DNA from: Amoebidium appalachense
Lineage: Eukaryota > Protista > Ichthyosporea
Length of the DNA stretch: 64,000 nucleotides
NCBI GenBank assembly: GCA_963693365.1
Contig: CAVNZM010000005.1
Location: forward strand, 7,386,710-7,450,709
Direction: 5' to 3'
Made by a program: the position numbers and the translations under genes. Positions 34,521-47,438 of the stretch are shown here, one piece after another. The notes below the pieces were generated by a model. That model saw only the letters and a program-made list of their open reading frames with translations, ran no database searches and was not told where the DNA came from. Position 1 is the first letter of the stretch, and every line of letters begins with the position of its first letter.

Positions 34521-35522
34521 GGGCCTGTTTGGCAGCACCCCAATAATCGTATTCGTATTTAGGCCCTAAATACGATCTACCGTATTTACAAAATTTATCG
34601 TGGTATGCGTATTTAGGGCCTCAGGTTGGTGCCTTCCAAACGCTGTCAGGCCGTGACTGGTCACATAAAAAGTCGATACATGGTTCACGAGATCTGATTG
34701 GCCCTATTCGCACCCATTGATCATCCTTCGGTATTCCATGCATATGGACTGGTGCAGCTGTAGACTAGTATTACAGCGAACGGCAAAAACGAGTCACCGA
34801 CAATAGGTTAGAATGTCTGTTATTGAAGGGATACTGCCAGTTGTTGCGGTGGCTAGCCTTGCTAGAGACCTCGTTTTACGTCACCAACGTTCGTCCCTGG
34901 CATTCCCCACATATCTGAACTGTTAAAATTTGTCCTTGTCTATGCAGTACTCGTTGTGCCTGCATGTCACCGAGTTTGTACATGTACATTTGATTGTTTT
35001 TATTAATGCATATATCGGAGTCCAGTATTGTTTCAATGATTATTATGGCATATATATACAGTCTGAGCTTGTTATCATGCACCGTGTAGGGTTCCTCGTC
35101 CTCTATCTTACCTGTGCAGCCCAAATTCATGTGCCAATTTTAACTGAGCATGTACACAAAATGACACCGACCTTCTTTTTAACATTGAATTAATTGTTCA
35201 CGTGCATGCGCCGGCATGCGTACCGTAGTAAAAATGTGCCCGCCGCGGCTTACGCTATACCATTGGCTAGCTGATAGCCAATAAATGATGCGAAATGCTT
35301 TGATTGGCTAATTTCCTATATCGTATTTACGAAAATCACCTCCGGTCCTCCGGAGGTGATTTTCGTAATCCAAATACGATATAAAAGCGATCCCTACATA
35401 TCGTATTTACAAAAAATTAAAGCCCGCGGCGTGTTTGGCATGCCACGGGATCGTATACGGATTTAGGCCCTAAATACGAATACGATAAAAAACCGTATTT
35501 AGCGCGCTGACCAAACAGGCCC
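34521..35522. mobile_element. Non-autonomous PIF/Harbinger (Tourist-like) MITE
   Basis: TIR GGGCCTGTTTGG...CCAAACAGGCCC with TAA on both sides (34518-34520, 35523-35525). Subterminal cgtatttaggccctaaatacg palindromes. No transposase. Confidence 0.88.
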
Positions 35523-35526
35523 TAAC

Positions 35527-35726
35527 CAGGGATGTGTCGGTCACTGGCCGGGTGGGTCTCGGGCGGGTTTACGCAAAGGCCGGGTGGATCTCTTGCCTAG
35601 TCGTCTTTTTTTCGCTCCGGACCGGGTTGGTTCTCGGGTCTTGGACCCTTGTGATCGGGTTGACCCGCGGGTTACCAAATGCGAAAACCTCGGGTGTTCG
35701 CCTGGACTGGCCGTGTGGACATGTAT

Positions 35727-35760
<34 letters not shown>

Positions 35761-36358
35761 ACGTGTGTGTGTGTGTGATATGCTTGCGTGCGTGCGTGCT
35801 GTGTGTGCACATGTGCTCGCGGTGTGTGTGTGGCTTTTCCACGCATGGTGTCTACATGTGAACAGACAGTGCTCGTGTGCTTGCGGCTTACTTGATTATA
35901 TAGAGCTTGGTAGTGGTGACTAAAGCAAACACAACGTAACGTGCACAGCAGTTACGATTCTCTCTCTCTTTTTTCTTTTTCTTTTTCTTTCTCTATTTAT
36001 ATTAAATCGCTCGCCTAGCCTCAGTACTCTACTGCTGTAGCTAACTATGGCGCCTCGGCAATGTTTATACTATCATATATGGACATGATTAAAATACTGT
36101 TTTGTTATTAGTTCACTGTGCAATCCCTGAAAACCAATTATCAATCCAAATTTACTACTTATTATGGTTATTATATCATGCTTTACCCTGACCCGACGGG
36201 AACTGACCGGGTCAGAGCCATCGGTCGGGCTGGGTACGGGTCTGACCCGCCGGGTCATAAAGCCGACCGGGTTTGAGCAAAAATGCCCCGGGTCGGGGTT
36301 GGGTAACGCCGACCCGGCCGGGTTGGTTCTCGGGTCGACCCAACCCGACACATCCCTG
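35527..36358. mobile_element. Non-autonomous hAT-like element
   Basis: 14-bp TIR CAGGGATGTGTCGG...CCGACACATCCCTG; 8-bp TSD gccctaac/gccctacc (1 mismatch); many subterminal ACCCG/CGGGT motifs. Confidence 0.85.
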
Positions 36359-36877
36359 GCCCTACCTAACACTCTCGTTTGGAACACTTGTAATCCGATT
36401 AGATCGAAATACTTATGCCACACTAGTGGCTAAAACGGTTTCGACAGTAGACATCTCTATTGTCGTGGGCCCCCCTCCCCCCTCCCCCTCCCCCCTCCCC
36501 CCTCCCCCCCCCCCCCCCCACCCTCCGGTCCAACCCCCCCCCCCCCCCCCCCCCCCCCCCTTTCCCCCCCCCCCCTTCCCCTCCTCCCTACCCCCCCCCC
36601 CCCCCTCCCCCCCTTTCCCCCCAAAGAGAAAAGAAGAAGAAGAAGGAAAAGAAGAAGGGAAAGAGGGGGAAATGGGGGGGCAGGGGGAGGGAGGGAATAG
36701 AAAAGAAAGGTGGGGAGGGGGAGGGGGGGATACGAAAAAGAAAGGGGGCAGGGGGGATCCAGGCAAGATTTGCTTGTAAAACTGAGCCACCGGCAGCGCG
36801 CTGATTATCCAGTTTCCTTGCCCTCGTAGCATCATGACTTAGATGCTATGATAGCATTATGATAGTACAGATTTTAC

Positions 36878-36917
<40 letters not shown>

Positions 36918-36926
36918 CGCTCCCCG

Positions 36927-36993
<67 letters not shown>

Positions 36994-37546
36994 CCACTTT
37001 TTGCCCAAGTTTAGGTAAATCCTAATGCCTCATCAAAGGTTCACAGGGATCAGATGATACTATTCACATATTGGTTACTGTACCCACTGCAGCGTTTCGG
37101 TTCATTACTGAAGTTTAGAATAATATGTAGTGACTGTGTGGGTGTGCACTACTCTTGTTGGTGCAATGCATCATGCCGGGTGTTCCTCTGTGTGCATGCT
37201 CTGTGTGCGTGCTCCAAGTATATGTTCTAGAATCCGTACACTGTGCTTTGTCCGGTATGCTTGTGAATATTTTGTGTATGTGCGATGTGCGTACCATTGC
37301 AAATTGAATTGATACGGTGTGAGAGCTCGTATCCATTAATTGAGTTTGTTGGACTCAGCCCACCGGGCTTTTGTATTGGGGCAGTGCCCCTATGTCCCCC
37401 CCCCACCCCCCCCCCCTCCCCGCCCCCCCCCACATCCCCCCCTCCTACCCTGCCCCTCCCACCCTCTCCCCTCCCCTTCCTGGGCCTTCCGTAATAGCAC
37501 ACAGACGGTCACACACACAAGCACACGCGCGCGCGCGCGCGCGCGC

Positions 37547-37622
<76 letters not shown>

Positions 37623-37820
37623 CGCACGTGCCCGCATGCGCACACACAAAAGCCGTGGCGCACGGGGCACACACACACACACACACAGATACGCACACAC
37701 ACAGCACAAACACACAGCAAACATGTGCATTCACACAGACCAATATTGGTGCGCATGCACAAACACGCCCACACGCGCGCACAGAGAGAGAGAGACTCTG
37801 AGCACAATACAAACAAATAT

Positions 37821-37958
<138 letters not shown>

Positions 37959-38198
37959 CATGATAAAAACACAGTCACATACACACACAGGCAGAGAGAG
38001 AAAGAGAAAAAGAGAGAGAGAGAGAGAGAGTTTGAGAGAGAGAGAGAGAGAGCCTGAGAGAGAGAGAGAGAGCCTGAGAGAGAAAGAGAGACAGACAGAG
38101 AGAGAGAGAGAGAGAGAGCGAGAGAGCGAGATGTAGTAGGCAACCCACGCACACCCACAAGCACACGTGCACACACACAGCGTAAGGGAGCACACGCG

Positions 38199-38336
<138 letters not shown>

Positions 38337-38546
38337 AGCAGCAGCTTGAACAGCAACATTGTCAATATCACAACATAACCAATGATTAATCTTAATCCCC
38401 CCCCCCCCCCCCCCCCCCCCCCCAATTTTTTCTTTTTCTAATACTGCCCCCCCCCTCCCCCCCCCCCCCCCCTACCCTGGCAGGTCTTCGTTTTTCCCTC
38501 TTCTTTTCTTTTCTTTTCTCTCTTTTCTTTCTTTTGTTTTGTTTTC

Positions 38547-38580
<34 letters not shown>

Positions 38581-38582
38581 GA

Positions 38583-38624
<42 letters not shown>

Positions 38625-38637
38625 AGGGTAGGGGGGT

Positions 38638-38668
<31 letters not shown>

Positions 38669-38689
38669 AGGGGGGGGGGGGGGAAGGTA

Positions 38690-38730
<41 letters not shown>

Positions 38731-38820
38731 GATTCTGGGTTGAATGCTGGGTAGTGAGAGGAGCAGGTGACATATACTAATCCGTCTCAGCAAATCATCC
38801 TAAGTCAACGATCAAGATCG

Positions 38821-38882
<62 letters not shown>

Positions 38883-39665
38883 CGAGGTGGCCCGGGTCCA
38901 CAGATCAATCATCAAGATCAAGTCCGGGGCCTCAAGATCAGCTGTACAGCTTCGGGCATCGTATCTCTGCAGGCGCAGGGCAGGACCCCGTCAGCTGGAG
39001 CAGCCGACCGGGATTAGAAATAGTGTATAGGATAGATCTTAGGAGGACCGTAAAGGAATGTACAGTAAATTTAAAAATAAAAGGCAGATGATTAAGGTAG
39101 CTAAGTTTGCAAAAATGTGTCAGGTAGAGCAGGATTTAGTTTATCATTGTTGGGCCAGACGGACACCGAGTTTGGGTCCCGACGGCACTTGTGCCCGAGG
39201 TTTTGCATATGGTGCATGAGCATCCCATGGCTGGCCATTTAGGTGTAAATAGGACTTCAAGGCTTCGTGTTAATCGTTCGTATTTAAGGCCGGGTATGAG
39301 TAGGGAGGTGAGGGATTCAATGTTTTGTCATGCATGCATTGTCAGGAAAGGAATGAGAGTCCTCACTCTCGTTCCCGCCCGTCGTTTATTAGGGATTTTT
39401 ATGTTCGTATGTTTGAACGGGTAGCAGTAGATGTGGTTGGTCCTTAGTTAATTCTACGGTTGAGGGTAACACTGTTCTCGTTACTGTCACCGATGTGGCC
39501 ACTCATTGGGTTGAAGTTTTTCCTCTCCCCACTGCTAATATCGTTTTGTTTGCTCGTATTTTTGTGGATGAAATTTGTCTTAGGTTTCGTTGTCCTCGTG
39601 TTTTGTTAACGGATGGGAGTAGTGTGTTTTAAATCAGTTGGTTTTGGAGGTTTGTAAAATTTTAA

Positions 39666-40649
39666 GGGCCTGTTTGGCAACGCGGAGTTACGAACTCCGG
39701 CGTAGACCGTATACGCCGGGTATCAAATCAGTATCCAGATTCTGACTTGTACATGTAATTCCGGATGCCTGAGCTATAGGTCAAAACCTGGCGTAGATAA
39801 CCGCTCGTGCCAAACAGAAAAAACTTTTTTCAGCTTAGTTTTTTACCAAGTCACATTGCGCAAGTTTTACGTTGATCGGAGTGCGCATACTTTGCACGTA
39901 TATCGTACCTAGGACTCAGTACTAGTGACTGTGCAGTGTCCCGTATGTATGTATTTGTATACACTGTGATGATACCATTTGCATATATAACAACAACAAC
40001 GTTTCCGGTTGCAAAACCACTATGTATTTAGCACGAAACATGGCCCTTTCGGCCGCAATTGGAGCAATTATTGCATTCTTTGCTTCCCCCTACAGGCATC
40101 TTGTCGGTTCAGACAATCTTGACCGATGTGCAAAAGATTGTCTAATGGTAAAAAAAAAGTTGCCTACAAGTTGGCCGCGAAGAGGGAGAATAGTTGAGGG
40201 GGGGCTTGTTTTTATACGACCTATCACACGTGGCCGGCTGTGTGCATGTGTGGCTGTGTCGCAGCCTGCGCTCGGGCTGTCGCGTGCAGGCTCACCGTGA
40301 CACCGGCAATGGACGTTCCGCTTGGCGCCTTTTCCACTTTGACTTTTTTGGCTAAATTGCACTGCCGACAATTGGCCGAGAGAGAAATGTAAAAAGGTCT
40401 CACGACATGAATTTTCATTGGTTTAGACCTTCACACGGCGTTGAACATTTCGCGCATAATCCACCTCCGGAGGTGGATTATAGAAATTGGAGTACTAGCG
40501 ATGTTGTCCAAGGGGTTTGAAACCCGGCGTACACAGGCTAGATTGGGCCGTCTGTTTGGCATCCGCGGATTTCAGAAATTCCGCTTTAGCCCTAACTCCA
40601 AAATCGATCTTACGCCGCTAACTCCACGACCACGTTGCCAAACAGGCCC
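39666..40649. mobile_element. Second PIF/Harbinger-type MITE inserted in the Gypsy integrase core
   Basis: TIR GGGCCTGTTTGGCAACG...CGTTGCCAAACAGGCCC; flanks TAA/TAG. It separates the LTDG and YHPQAN integrase motifs. Confidence 0.85.
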
Positions 40650-41278
40650 TAGTAGCCCATTTCACTAGTAGTACGTCAGACTCTGCATATCACCCTCAAG
40701 CAAATGTCATCTCTGAACGTGTGCATCTGGCAGTGTTTCAAAAGTCCTTTGGCAAAATGGTTGATGTGGAGACTAATGCATTTTGGGATCATACTGTGAC
40801 AGTCTAGGTTTATTGCTCATTCGTATAATTCTACCCCTCATGCTGTGACTGGTTTCTCACCGTTTTATTTGGTCTATGGGCAGGAGGCTATTATAATTAG
40901 TTTGTTAGATACGGCACTTTTGCCGATGGGGGGGACTCAGGACAGACTAACTTATCCCCACTGGACTGAGTTCCGGGAGCAGCTACTAACCCGGGCCCGG
41001 GCTGCACGTGATGCAGCTCTGGCCCGTACACCTGCGCAGGCACAGGCACGTGCAGACGTGTCCACGCAATAAAAAGTGTGTAAACCCCTGTCCACCTCCG
41101 TTACGTGAATTTGCCGAGGGTACTTTAATTTTAATTGGAGATCATACTAGGAAAAAGAGATATAAGCAGGAGCAAGAAGGTAAGGGTGAAGGTGAAGGTC
41201 TCCGTAAGTATGGTAAGAAGTGGTTGCCTCTTTTCATTGGTCCGTATAAGGTAGTCGCTAGGTTAGGTCCGACGGAAT

Positions 41279-41831
41279 GGTTCGATTCGTGTGAAAAGCC
41301 AGATTGCCAGATTGCCAGAATGCCAGAATCTTGATGGCATTCCAGAAATGCTAGATTTCGGTCCGGTTCTTGTAGAGCTAAAATCTAGCTTTTTGGGTCA
41401 AGAAGGCACTTGCCATTTTGCGCGGTAATAGAATACCTTGGCTTATCTTAATGAACAATAATAGTTTTGAAATATTATTTAAATAATTTTTATTTTGTTA
41501 AATGGGCATTTATTACCAAGTTTTATGCATTTTTGAAAAGCTATACTAATAAGGCAAAACGCCTAGGATTGGATACGAACTTTATATCGTGCTGGCACGG
41601 CCAATCGTAAGGCGCAGGGTCAATCTGGCAATCTGGAAAGGGGGGGGGGGGGGGGGGGGGGGGGTCGCCAGATTCTGGAATCTGGAAGAGGGGTCAATTT
41701 GAAATTGAATCTGGCCTTAAAATTTTGTTTAAATTTTACGTTCCGATTCGATTGATCGACGAATAACCATTTTTGGTGAGGCGGCTTTTAATTGGCAATC
41801 TGGCAATCTGGCTTTTCACACGAATCGAACC
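41279..41831. mobile_element. MITE with 39-bp TIRs and AAT TSD (PHIS-type, Pangu/ISL2EU-like)
   Basis: GGTTCGATTCGTGTGAAAAGCCAGATTGCCAGATTGCCA with a perfect reverse complement at the right end; AAT at 41276-41278 and 41832-41834. Removing it restores integrase GPTE|YKVQRLD. Superfamily assignment rests on termini and TSD only. Confidence 0.88.
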
Positions 41832-42518
41832 AATATAAGGTGCAGAGGTTAGATAATGAGAGTGATGGTAGGTATTATAATGTAGAGGAATATTATGATA
41901 GGGCCCTTAGGGTAAAACGGCCGGAGGGTCGTCGAGTGTTAACGTTAGATGCATTCACACCCGACTACGACGGGTCGGTGGATGTATGTATCGGAGGCTG
42001 CAGTCGATAAAATTATCGATAAAAAGGTTATCGAAGGTAAGGAAGGTAAGGTAAATTATTATTTGATCCGTTTTGAGGGAGGCTATATATCAGGAAGATC
42101 AGTGGTTGCCTGAGTTTTATTTGGATTGCCCGTTTTCTATTCGTGCTTATGAGGCTAGGTTAGTGCAGAGGGAGTTGCCTAGGCCTAGTGCTCCCTCTAA
42201 GCCGAAGAGAGTTGTTTATTCCTCAATTTATTCGTGGTGTGAAAAAGCCGGTGAGGGAGGGCACGGCCCTCTGTGGGGAGGGGGCCGGGGGGGGGAGTGC
42301 ACGTGATGCAAATACACGTAGACACACGGGGGGAGGGGGAAGGGGGGGGGGGGGTACCGGTGAGACCGAAGAGGAGTGTGAACGTAGTCGTAGGGCTTTA
42401 ATTTATTATCATAGGTGTCTCCGTAGGTATCAAGCTTATGGTGTAGATTAATTTATTATTTTCTTCGTATTTTTTTTTGGGAGACTGATTAGTCTATGTC
42501 TTTTTAGGGGGTGTTAGG

Positions 42519-42652
42519 TGTAATGTGACTGAGGTGGGACTCAGCTTTTCCGGGGGCCGGGGGGAGTTGACATATAATAGCTACATCTCCGTCTCAGCAG
42601 ATCATCCTAAGTCAACGATAAGATCGGCCGGGGGGGGGGGGGGGGGGGGGGG

Positions 42653-42709
<57 letters not shown>

Positions 42710-43729
42710 GGCCCGGGTGCGGCAGATCATCAAGATCAAGTCCGTCAAGATCAGCCGTACAGCTGCGGGCATCGTGTCTCTGCAGGCGCAGCGCAGGATG
42801 ACCCCGACTCAGCTTTTCCGGGGGCCGGGGGGGGAGTTGACATATACTAATCCGTCTCAGCAGATCATCCTAAGTCAACGAACAAGATCGGGGGGGGGGG
42901 GGGGGGGGAGGGTATGGTCAAGGGGGGGGGGGGGGGGGGGGGGCGGGGGGGGGGCGGGAGGTATGGTCAAGGGGGGGGGGGGGGGGGAGGGGGGGGAGGG
43001 GGGAGGGGGGGGGGGGGGGGTGGCCCGGGTCCACAGATCATCAAGCTTAGATCAAGTCCGGGGCCTCAAGCTTAAGATCAGCTGTACAGCTGCGGGCATC
43101 TTGTCTCTGCCGGCGGCGGCAGGACGGCAGGAGTCGGACCACGTCAGCTGGAGCAGCCGACCAATAGGATTAGAAATAGTGTATAGGATAGATCTTAGGA
43201 GGACTTTGGAATGTAATAAGTTCGGGCAGAAGCCCTTGTAAATATTGGCAAGTTCAGATTGTGCTGTCTGCCAAATGTTTGTATATATTGTAGTACAGGA
43301 AAGAGTAGAGGGGGGGGAGGGGGGGGAGATAGTATGAAATGTAGACTTAGACGCTGCGGTGCCACTAGGGGAAGGGAGAGGGGAGAGACAAAGATATTTA
43401 TATTAGTGTGAGTCGATAGACTTAGCTCGTGCAGGCGCACGATAGAGTTCCTATCGGAATGTATGGAATGTGGCATCGTGGGGGGCCTGGTGATGATGAT
43501 CTTTGAGGGCACGGCCTTGATGCCGCAGTTGTGACTTAGCTTGATTCGGTAGGTTGCCCGTCGGAGCCTGGCCTAAAAATAGAATAACTTACTTTGCCGT
43601 TTTTTCGTACACGTTCGTTCCTTTCCGTGTGTGTACACTTAGAAGAGTGCCGCGTCTCTGACCTTAACGAATAAATGTTCAAAACTAAATTTCCTCATAT
43701 ACCATATATGAGACTATTGGTCCGTTATA
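42519..43729 (+). repeat. Putative 3' LTR of the chromovirus, with an internal tandem duplication
   Basis: Starts TGTAAT after a purine-rich ggggg tract. Unit actcagcttttccgggg...gttgacatata...ccgtctcagcagatcatcctaagtcaacg occurs at ~42539 and ~42806. AATAAA at ~43670; the end is uncertain. Confidence 0.55.
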
Positions 43730-44268
43730 TCCCTACCAATCAAATTGAGTGCGGGGATCTCCGTTGCCTGCAATGAGAGCGGCAACTTCCTCCGCAGTAC
43801 GCTTCCCTGCATCTTCGCCCATTCTAACACTATTCCGGGTTGACCAAGAAAGCCGGCTGGCTGTTGCCACTACATCTCCGCTCAAAAAAGAAGAACCAAA
43901 AAAAAAATACCATGGAAAGAAAGTGGTAATATCTGTACGTAGAGAGTTCCGCGCAGTTCAACAAGTTCGAAGTGTTGTTTCTTCGCTGTTCACGGTCAAC
44001 GGTGCGCCATGGCAGGCCATGAACCATGCATGTGCATAACGGCAGATCGTAATCCCCCATACTCCCTAACTCCCGATACACAGTGGGGGCCGATAATCCT
44101 ACATATGAAATGTGATCAATTGCATAGTGAAATTTCAAAATGAACCCTTTCTCCTTAATACATACACGTTAGGATACGACATCGGGTAAGGGAGGGTCGA
44201 GAAGGAGTACAGTAGGAAGGCTGGGATAGGGCAAGGTGGCTGTGTGGCAACATAAGGGCGGGTGGGGG

Positions 44269-44366
44269 TGCAATGGGGAAATTGAAGCAACGGAGGGGGG
44301 TGCAATGGGGAGATTTAAGCAGCGGAGGGTGGTGTCTACAATGGGAAGATCGAAATAGCGGAGGGA
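44269..44366. repeat. Short minisatellite (3 degenerate ~32-36-bp units)
   Basis: caatggggaaattgaagcaacggaggg / caatggggagatttaagcagcggaggg / caatgggaagatcgaaatagcggaggg. Confidence 0.7.
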
Positions 44367-44900
44367 CGCATTCGCACAGTGGTTGAGGAAGCAGGAAGGG
44401 AAAGGGGGATATATGTTTTTTGCGAGGGATTGAGAAGTGGAAGTAAAGGAGATAAGCAAAATAAAAGCCAACATGTACGTGGGGGGTGGGGTGGGGAGGA
44501 GGGGCCCAGGGGAGGCGAGGGAGGGGAGAAGGGTGGGATTGTGTGTTGTATAAACGTTAGTTTCTCAATTACAACTTTGGGAAACGGTACCGGTGTGAAT
44601 AATGGAACATCTTATGGCGGGAACAACGTACACACCACAAAGAGGAGGAGAATTGGCATCATTCGGGTCAACTACAGTATCAAGTTGCCAACGGTTTCAA
44701 ATTATCCCCCATAAAAAGTTCTTCCCAACGGTTACCGAATTGTGTAAGTAAAATCTAGCCTGGGCAAAACAAACCTTGCGCACCACAAATGGGGGGAAGG
44801 CTTTTTTTTTTTTTTTTTTTCTTTTTTTTTTTCTGTTGTGTTAAGTCCTTTTGTCCTCAGTCAACGAAATGTCAGTTAGTACAATCAATCATGCAGAATG

Positions 44901-44933
<33 letters not shown>

Positions 44934-45216
44934 GCCGCACTCCGCGGCTTGGTTTGACCTGGTAGTTCCGGTAGTGCATAATAACGGTAACGGTTTGAAA
45001 TTTATGTCTTTTTTGTAATGATTCACAACCGTGATTCAATTTCATATCACACTGAGCACAAAGTACGGTACAGTAGTGATCATGACACATCCACATAGAT
45101 GCACAATATTAATTAATTAATTATAATAATGCTCGGACACATAGGCACACAATTGACATTGCACGCACACACGCACACACGCACACAGGCACGCACAAAC
45201 ACGCCGTGACACGCGC

Positions 45217-45275
<59 letters not shown>

Positions 45276-45537
45276 ACACACAAACACACACAGATTGCCA
45301 CGCACACACACGCACACACACTGTGACACACACAATGACACTGCACACATGTGTACACCGTCACTGTGACGCTATGATACAAAAAAAAACCCCGAGCTCG
45401 AAGTCGGCATATGCTGAGCAGCACACGTGACACGGATAGGGAGCCCGTCGCTACGTATTATGTACAGCTTGCGTGTGATGCCCCGGCCACGGGAGGCTCT
45501 TTGAAAAGCCCGCCAAAATAGGAGCCCCTCCATGTAA

Positions 45538-47319
45538 TCATCCTTTCGCCCCATTACACTAACCCAGGTTGTTCGTAGATTCTTTGAAGCTTGCTTACTT
45601 AGGTTATTTGCACATCACCCTAGGTTTCAATCTATTCTTCACATACACCCATGCCAATCCGCTTTTCGTAAAAACAATTCATGTTATGTTCAAATAATGG
45701 CACTGCACGATTCTATGCAAGTTGGTGCACAATATGTTGGCTTTATTGATTGGAAAACTGCTTACGATTCTGTCTCCCCTGGTCTCCTATGGGAAAAGCT
45801 TGCTGCACGGGGTGTACCACACTGCATTGGTGTTCTGTTAGAAGCACTCTTGTCTCAAACCTATGGTAGAGCTGTGGTTAATGGGCATCTTTCATATGGT
45901 TTTGCTCGTACTAGAGGTCTCTTGCAGGGTTCATTGCTTAGCCCCTTTTTGTTTAACCTATTTATAGATGATTTGGCTGTCAAGATTTACGCCGAAAACG
46001 ATGACCCTATTAATAACTTTCCGCCTGCACTTCTCTATGCTGATGATCTGTCCCTCCTTGCCCGTACCCCTAGACGCCTGCAAAGATTGTTCGATGTAGT
46101 GTCAGAGTGGTGCAAGGCAAACCTTATGATCCTTAACATAGACAAATGTGGTGTTCTTGTACCTGATATAGCTAACAATTTACACACATTTACATTATCA
46201 TCTAAACCTGTACCTATAGTTCCAGAATACAAATATCTTGGTGTTCCGGTTGATTCTGTTGGTGTTATGTTTCCCCATATGGTCGAAAAGAGGGTAGAGT
46301 TGGCTCGTAAGCGGTTAGCTTTCTTCTCGGCTAATATTTTTAAAGACACACCCCTCCATCCTTCTATTAGACTTACATTTATTCGCACTTTTGTCTTCCC
46401 GGCATGTGAATATGGTTTACCCCTTCTCGCCGCTTGGATCAAGAAAGAGAGAACTAGAGCGCTTAAACCCTTGGCAAATTTCCTTGAAGCAGAAGTTGCC
46501 TCCTTTCTATCTAACAACTGTTGTAAACCTGGGCCTGTAACGCTCTCGATATATGGTCTGGTCCCAATAGCTGCTAGAGTATCCTATCTCGCGCTGAAAT
46601 TCAATAAGCACATAAGCCGCTTAAAGAAGTATTTGCCCTCCCACCCTCTCTTCTCTATCCGACCTGTCCCCTCCTCACCTCTCCCCTCTTTCCTCCCCTC
46701 TCTCTCCCCTTCTCCCCTGGGCACAAATACAAATAAACCCCGCAATAGTGTGTGTGTGACTTTGGACTGCCACTTACTTATTAAACATGTACACAATCAC
46801 AAGATAATCACGCAATATAACAAATGGAAAAAGATACCACACGACACTAGACCCGATGAAAGCATACACCTTGAAAAACTAAGCCTTATGTCTCGTTTTA
46901 TATATACTGACCGCCTCAACCATATTGCCAAATATGGCACTCGCAAGTGTATAACACCTAAATACATATTACCTTCCTGTAGAACTGGTCTTTCTCTAGC
47001 TGATGGTATTATTGATCAATTACCACGCTTTTACTGTACACGTGCTATACAGTGGAGATCTAATAAGTATAAGGTGGCATCATTTGCATGCCCAAACAAC
47101 ACACACACACACCAGTTTAACCGGTCATGTATCGCCAAATGTAGTTTGATAGACCACATAATACCGCAACACACACACGTCACATTCACAACAGACACCC
47201 AGAAAGATAGCCTACCTGTAAATTACAACATCCTTGATTTTATACTTAACACGCGTAACTACGTCCTGTTTATTAGATGTATTGATTGGCTTGAGAAACA
47301 CATCACTACAAAATTATAG
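45538..47319 (+). CDS. Non-LTR reverse transcriptase (N-terminally truncated; first Met at 45697)
   Basis: FRPITL, CQSAFRK, FIDWKTAYDSV, RGLLQGSLLSPFLFNLFIDDL, LLYADDL, LNIDKC, YKYLGV. C-terminal Cys/His cluster QWR...CPNN..H.FNRSC...C. No stop for about 590 codons. Confidence 0.9.
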   Translation, partial: SSFRPITLTQVVRRFFEACLLRLFAHHPRFQSILHIHPCQSAFRKNNSCYVQIMALHDSMQVGAQYVGFIDWKTAYDSVSPGLLWEKLAARGVPHCIGVLLEALLSQTYGRAVVNGHLSYGFARTRGLLQGSLLSPFLFNLFIDDLAVKIYAENDDPINNFPPALLYADDLSLLARTPRRLQRLFDVVSEWCKANLMILNIDKCGVLVPDIANNLHTFTLSSKPVPIVPEYKYLGVPVDSVGVMFPHMVEKRVELARKRLAFFSANIFKDTPLHPSIRLTFIRTFVFPACEYGLPLLAAWIKKERTRALKPLANFLEAEVASFLSNNCCKPGPVTLSIYGLVPIAARVSYLALKFNKHISRLKKYLPSHPLFSIRPVPSSPLPSFLPSLSPSPLGTNTNKPRNSVCVTLDCHLLIKHVHNHKIITQYNKWKKIPHDTRPDESIHLEKLSLMSRFIYTDRLNHIAKYGTRKCITPKYILPSCRTGLSLADGIIDQLPRFYCTRAIQWRSNKYKVASFACPNNTHTHQFNRSCIAKCSLIDHIIPQHTHVTFTTDTQKDSLPVNYNILDFILNTRNYVLFIRCIDWLEKHITTKL

Positions 47320-47323
47320 CGCA

Positions 47324-47406
<83 letters not shown>

Positions 47407-47438
47407 CCAGCTGATACCGAGTGTCCCGAGGGGAGCCC

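Larger units (their letters stand above)
38768..43729 (+). mobile_element. Decayed, internally deleted Ty3/Gypsy chromovirus with nested insertions
   Basis: Integrase remnants: HEHPMAGHLG...CHAC zinc finger (39191-39350), FERVAVDVVGP, VTDVATHWVEVFPLP, RVLLTDG, SAYHPQAN..SERVH, YNSTPHAVTGFSPFYLVYG, WLPLFIGPYKV, then a chromodomain-like VDKIIDKK..YYLIRFEG..EDQWLPE..LDCP (~42000-42150). LTR-like sequence is shared between 38768-39063 and 42519-~43220. Frameshifts and stops throughout; gag/RT absent. The right end is approximate. Confidence 0.85.

Noticed and set aside
46035-46796. Antisense ORFs within the RT gene
   Set aside because: Shadow frames of the RT coding strand.
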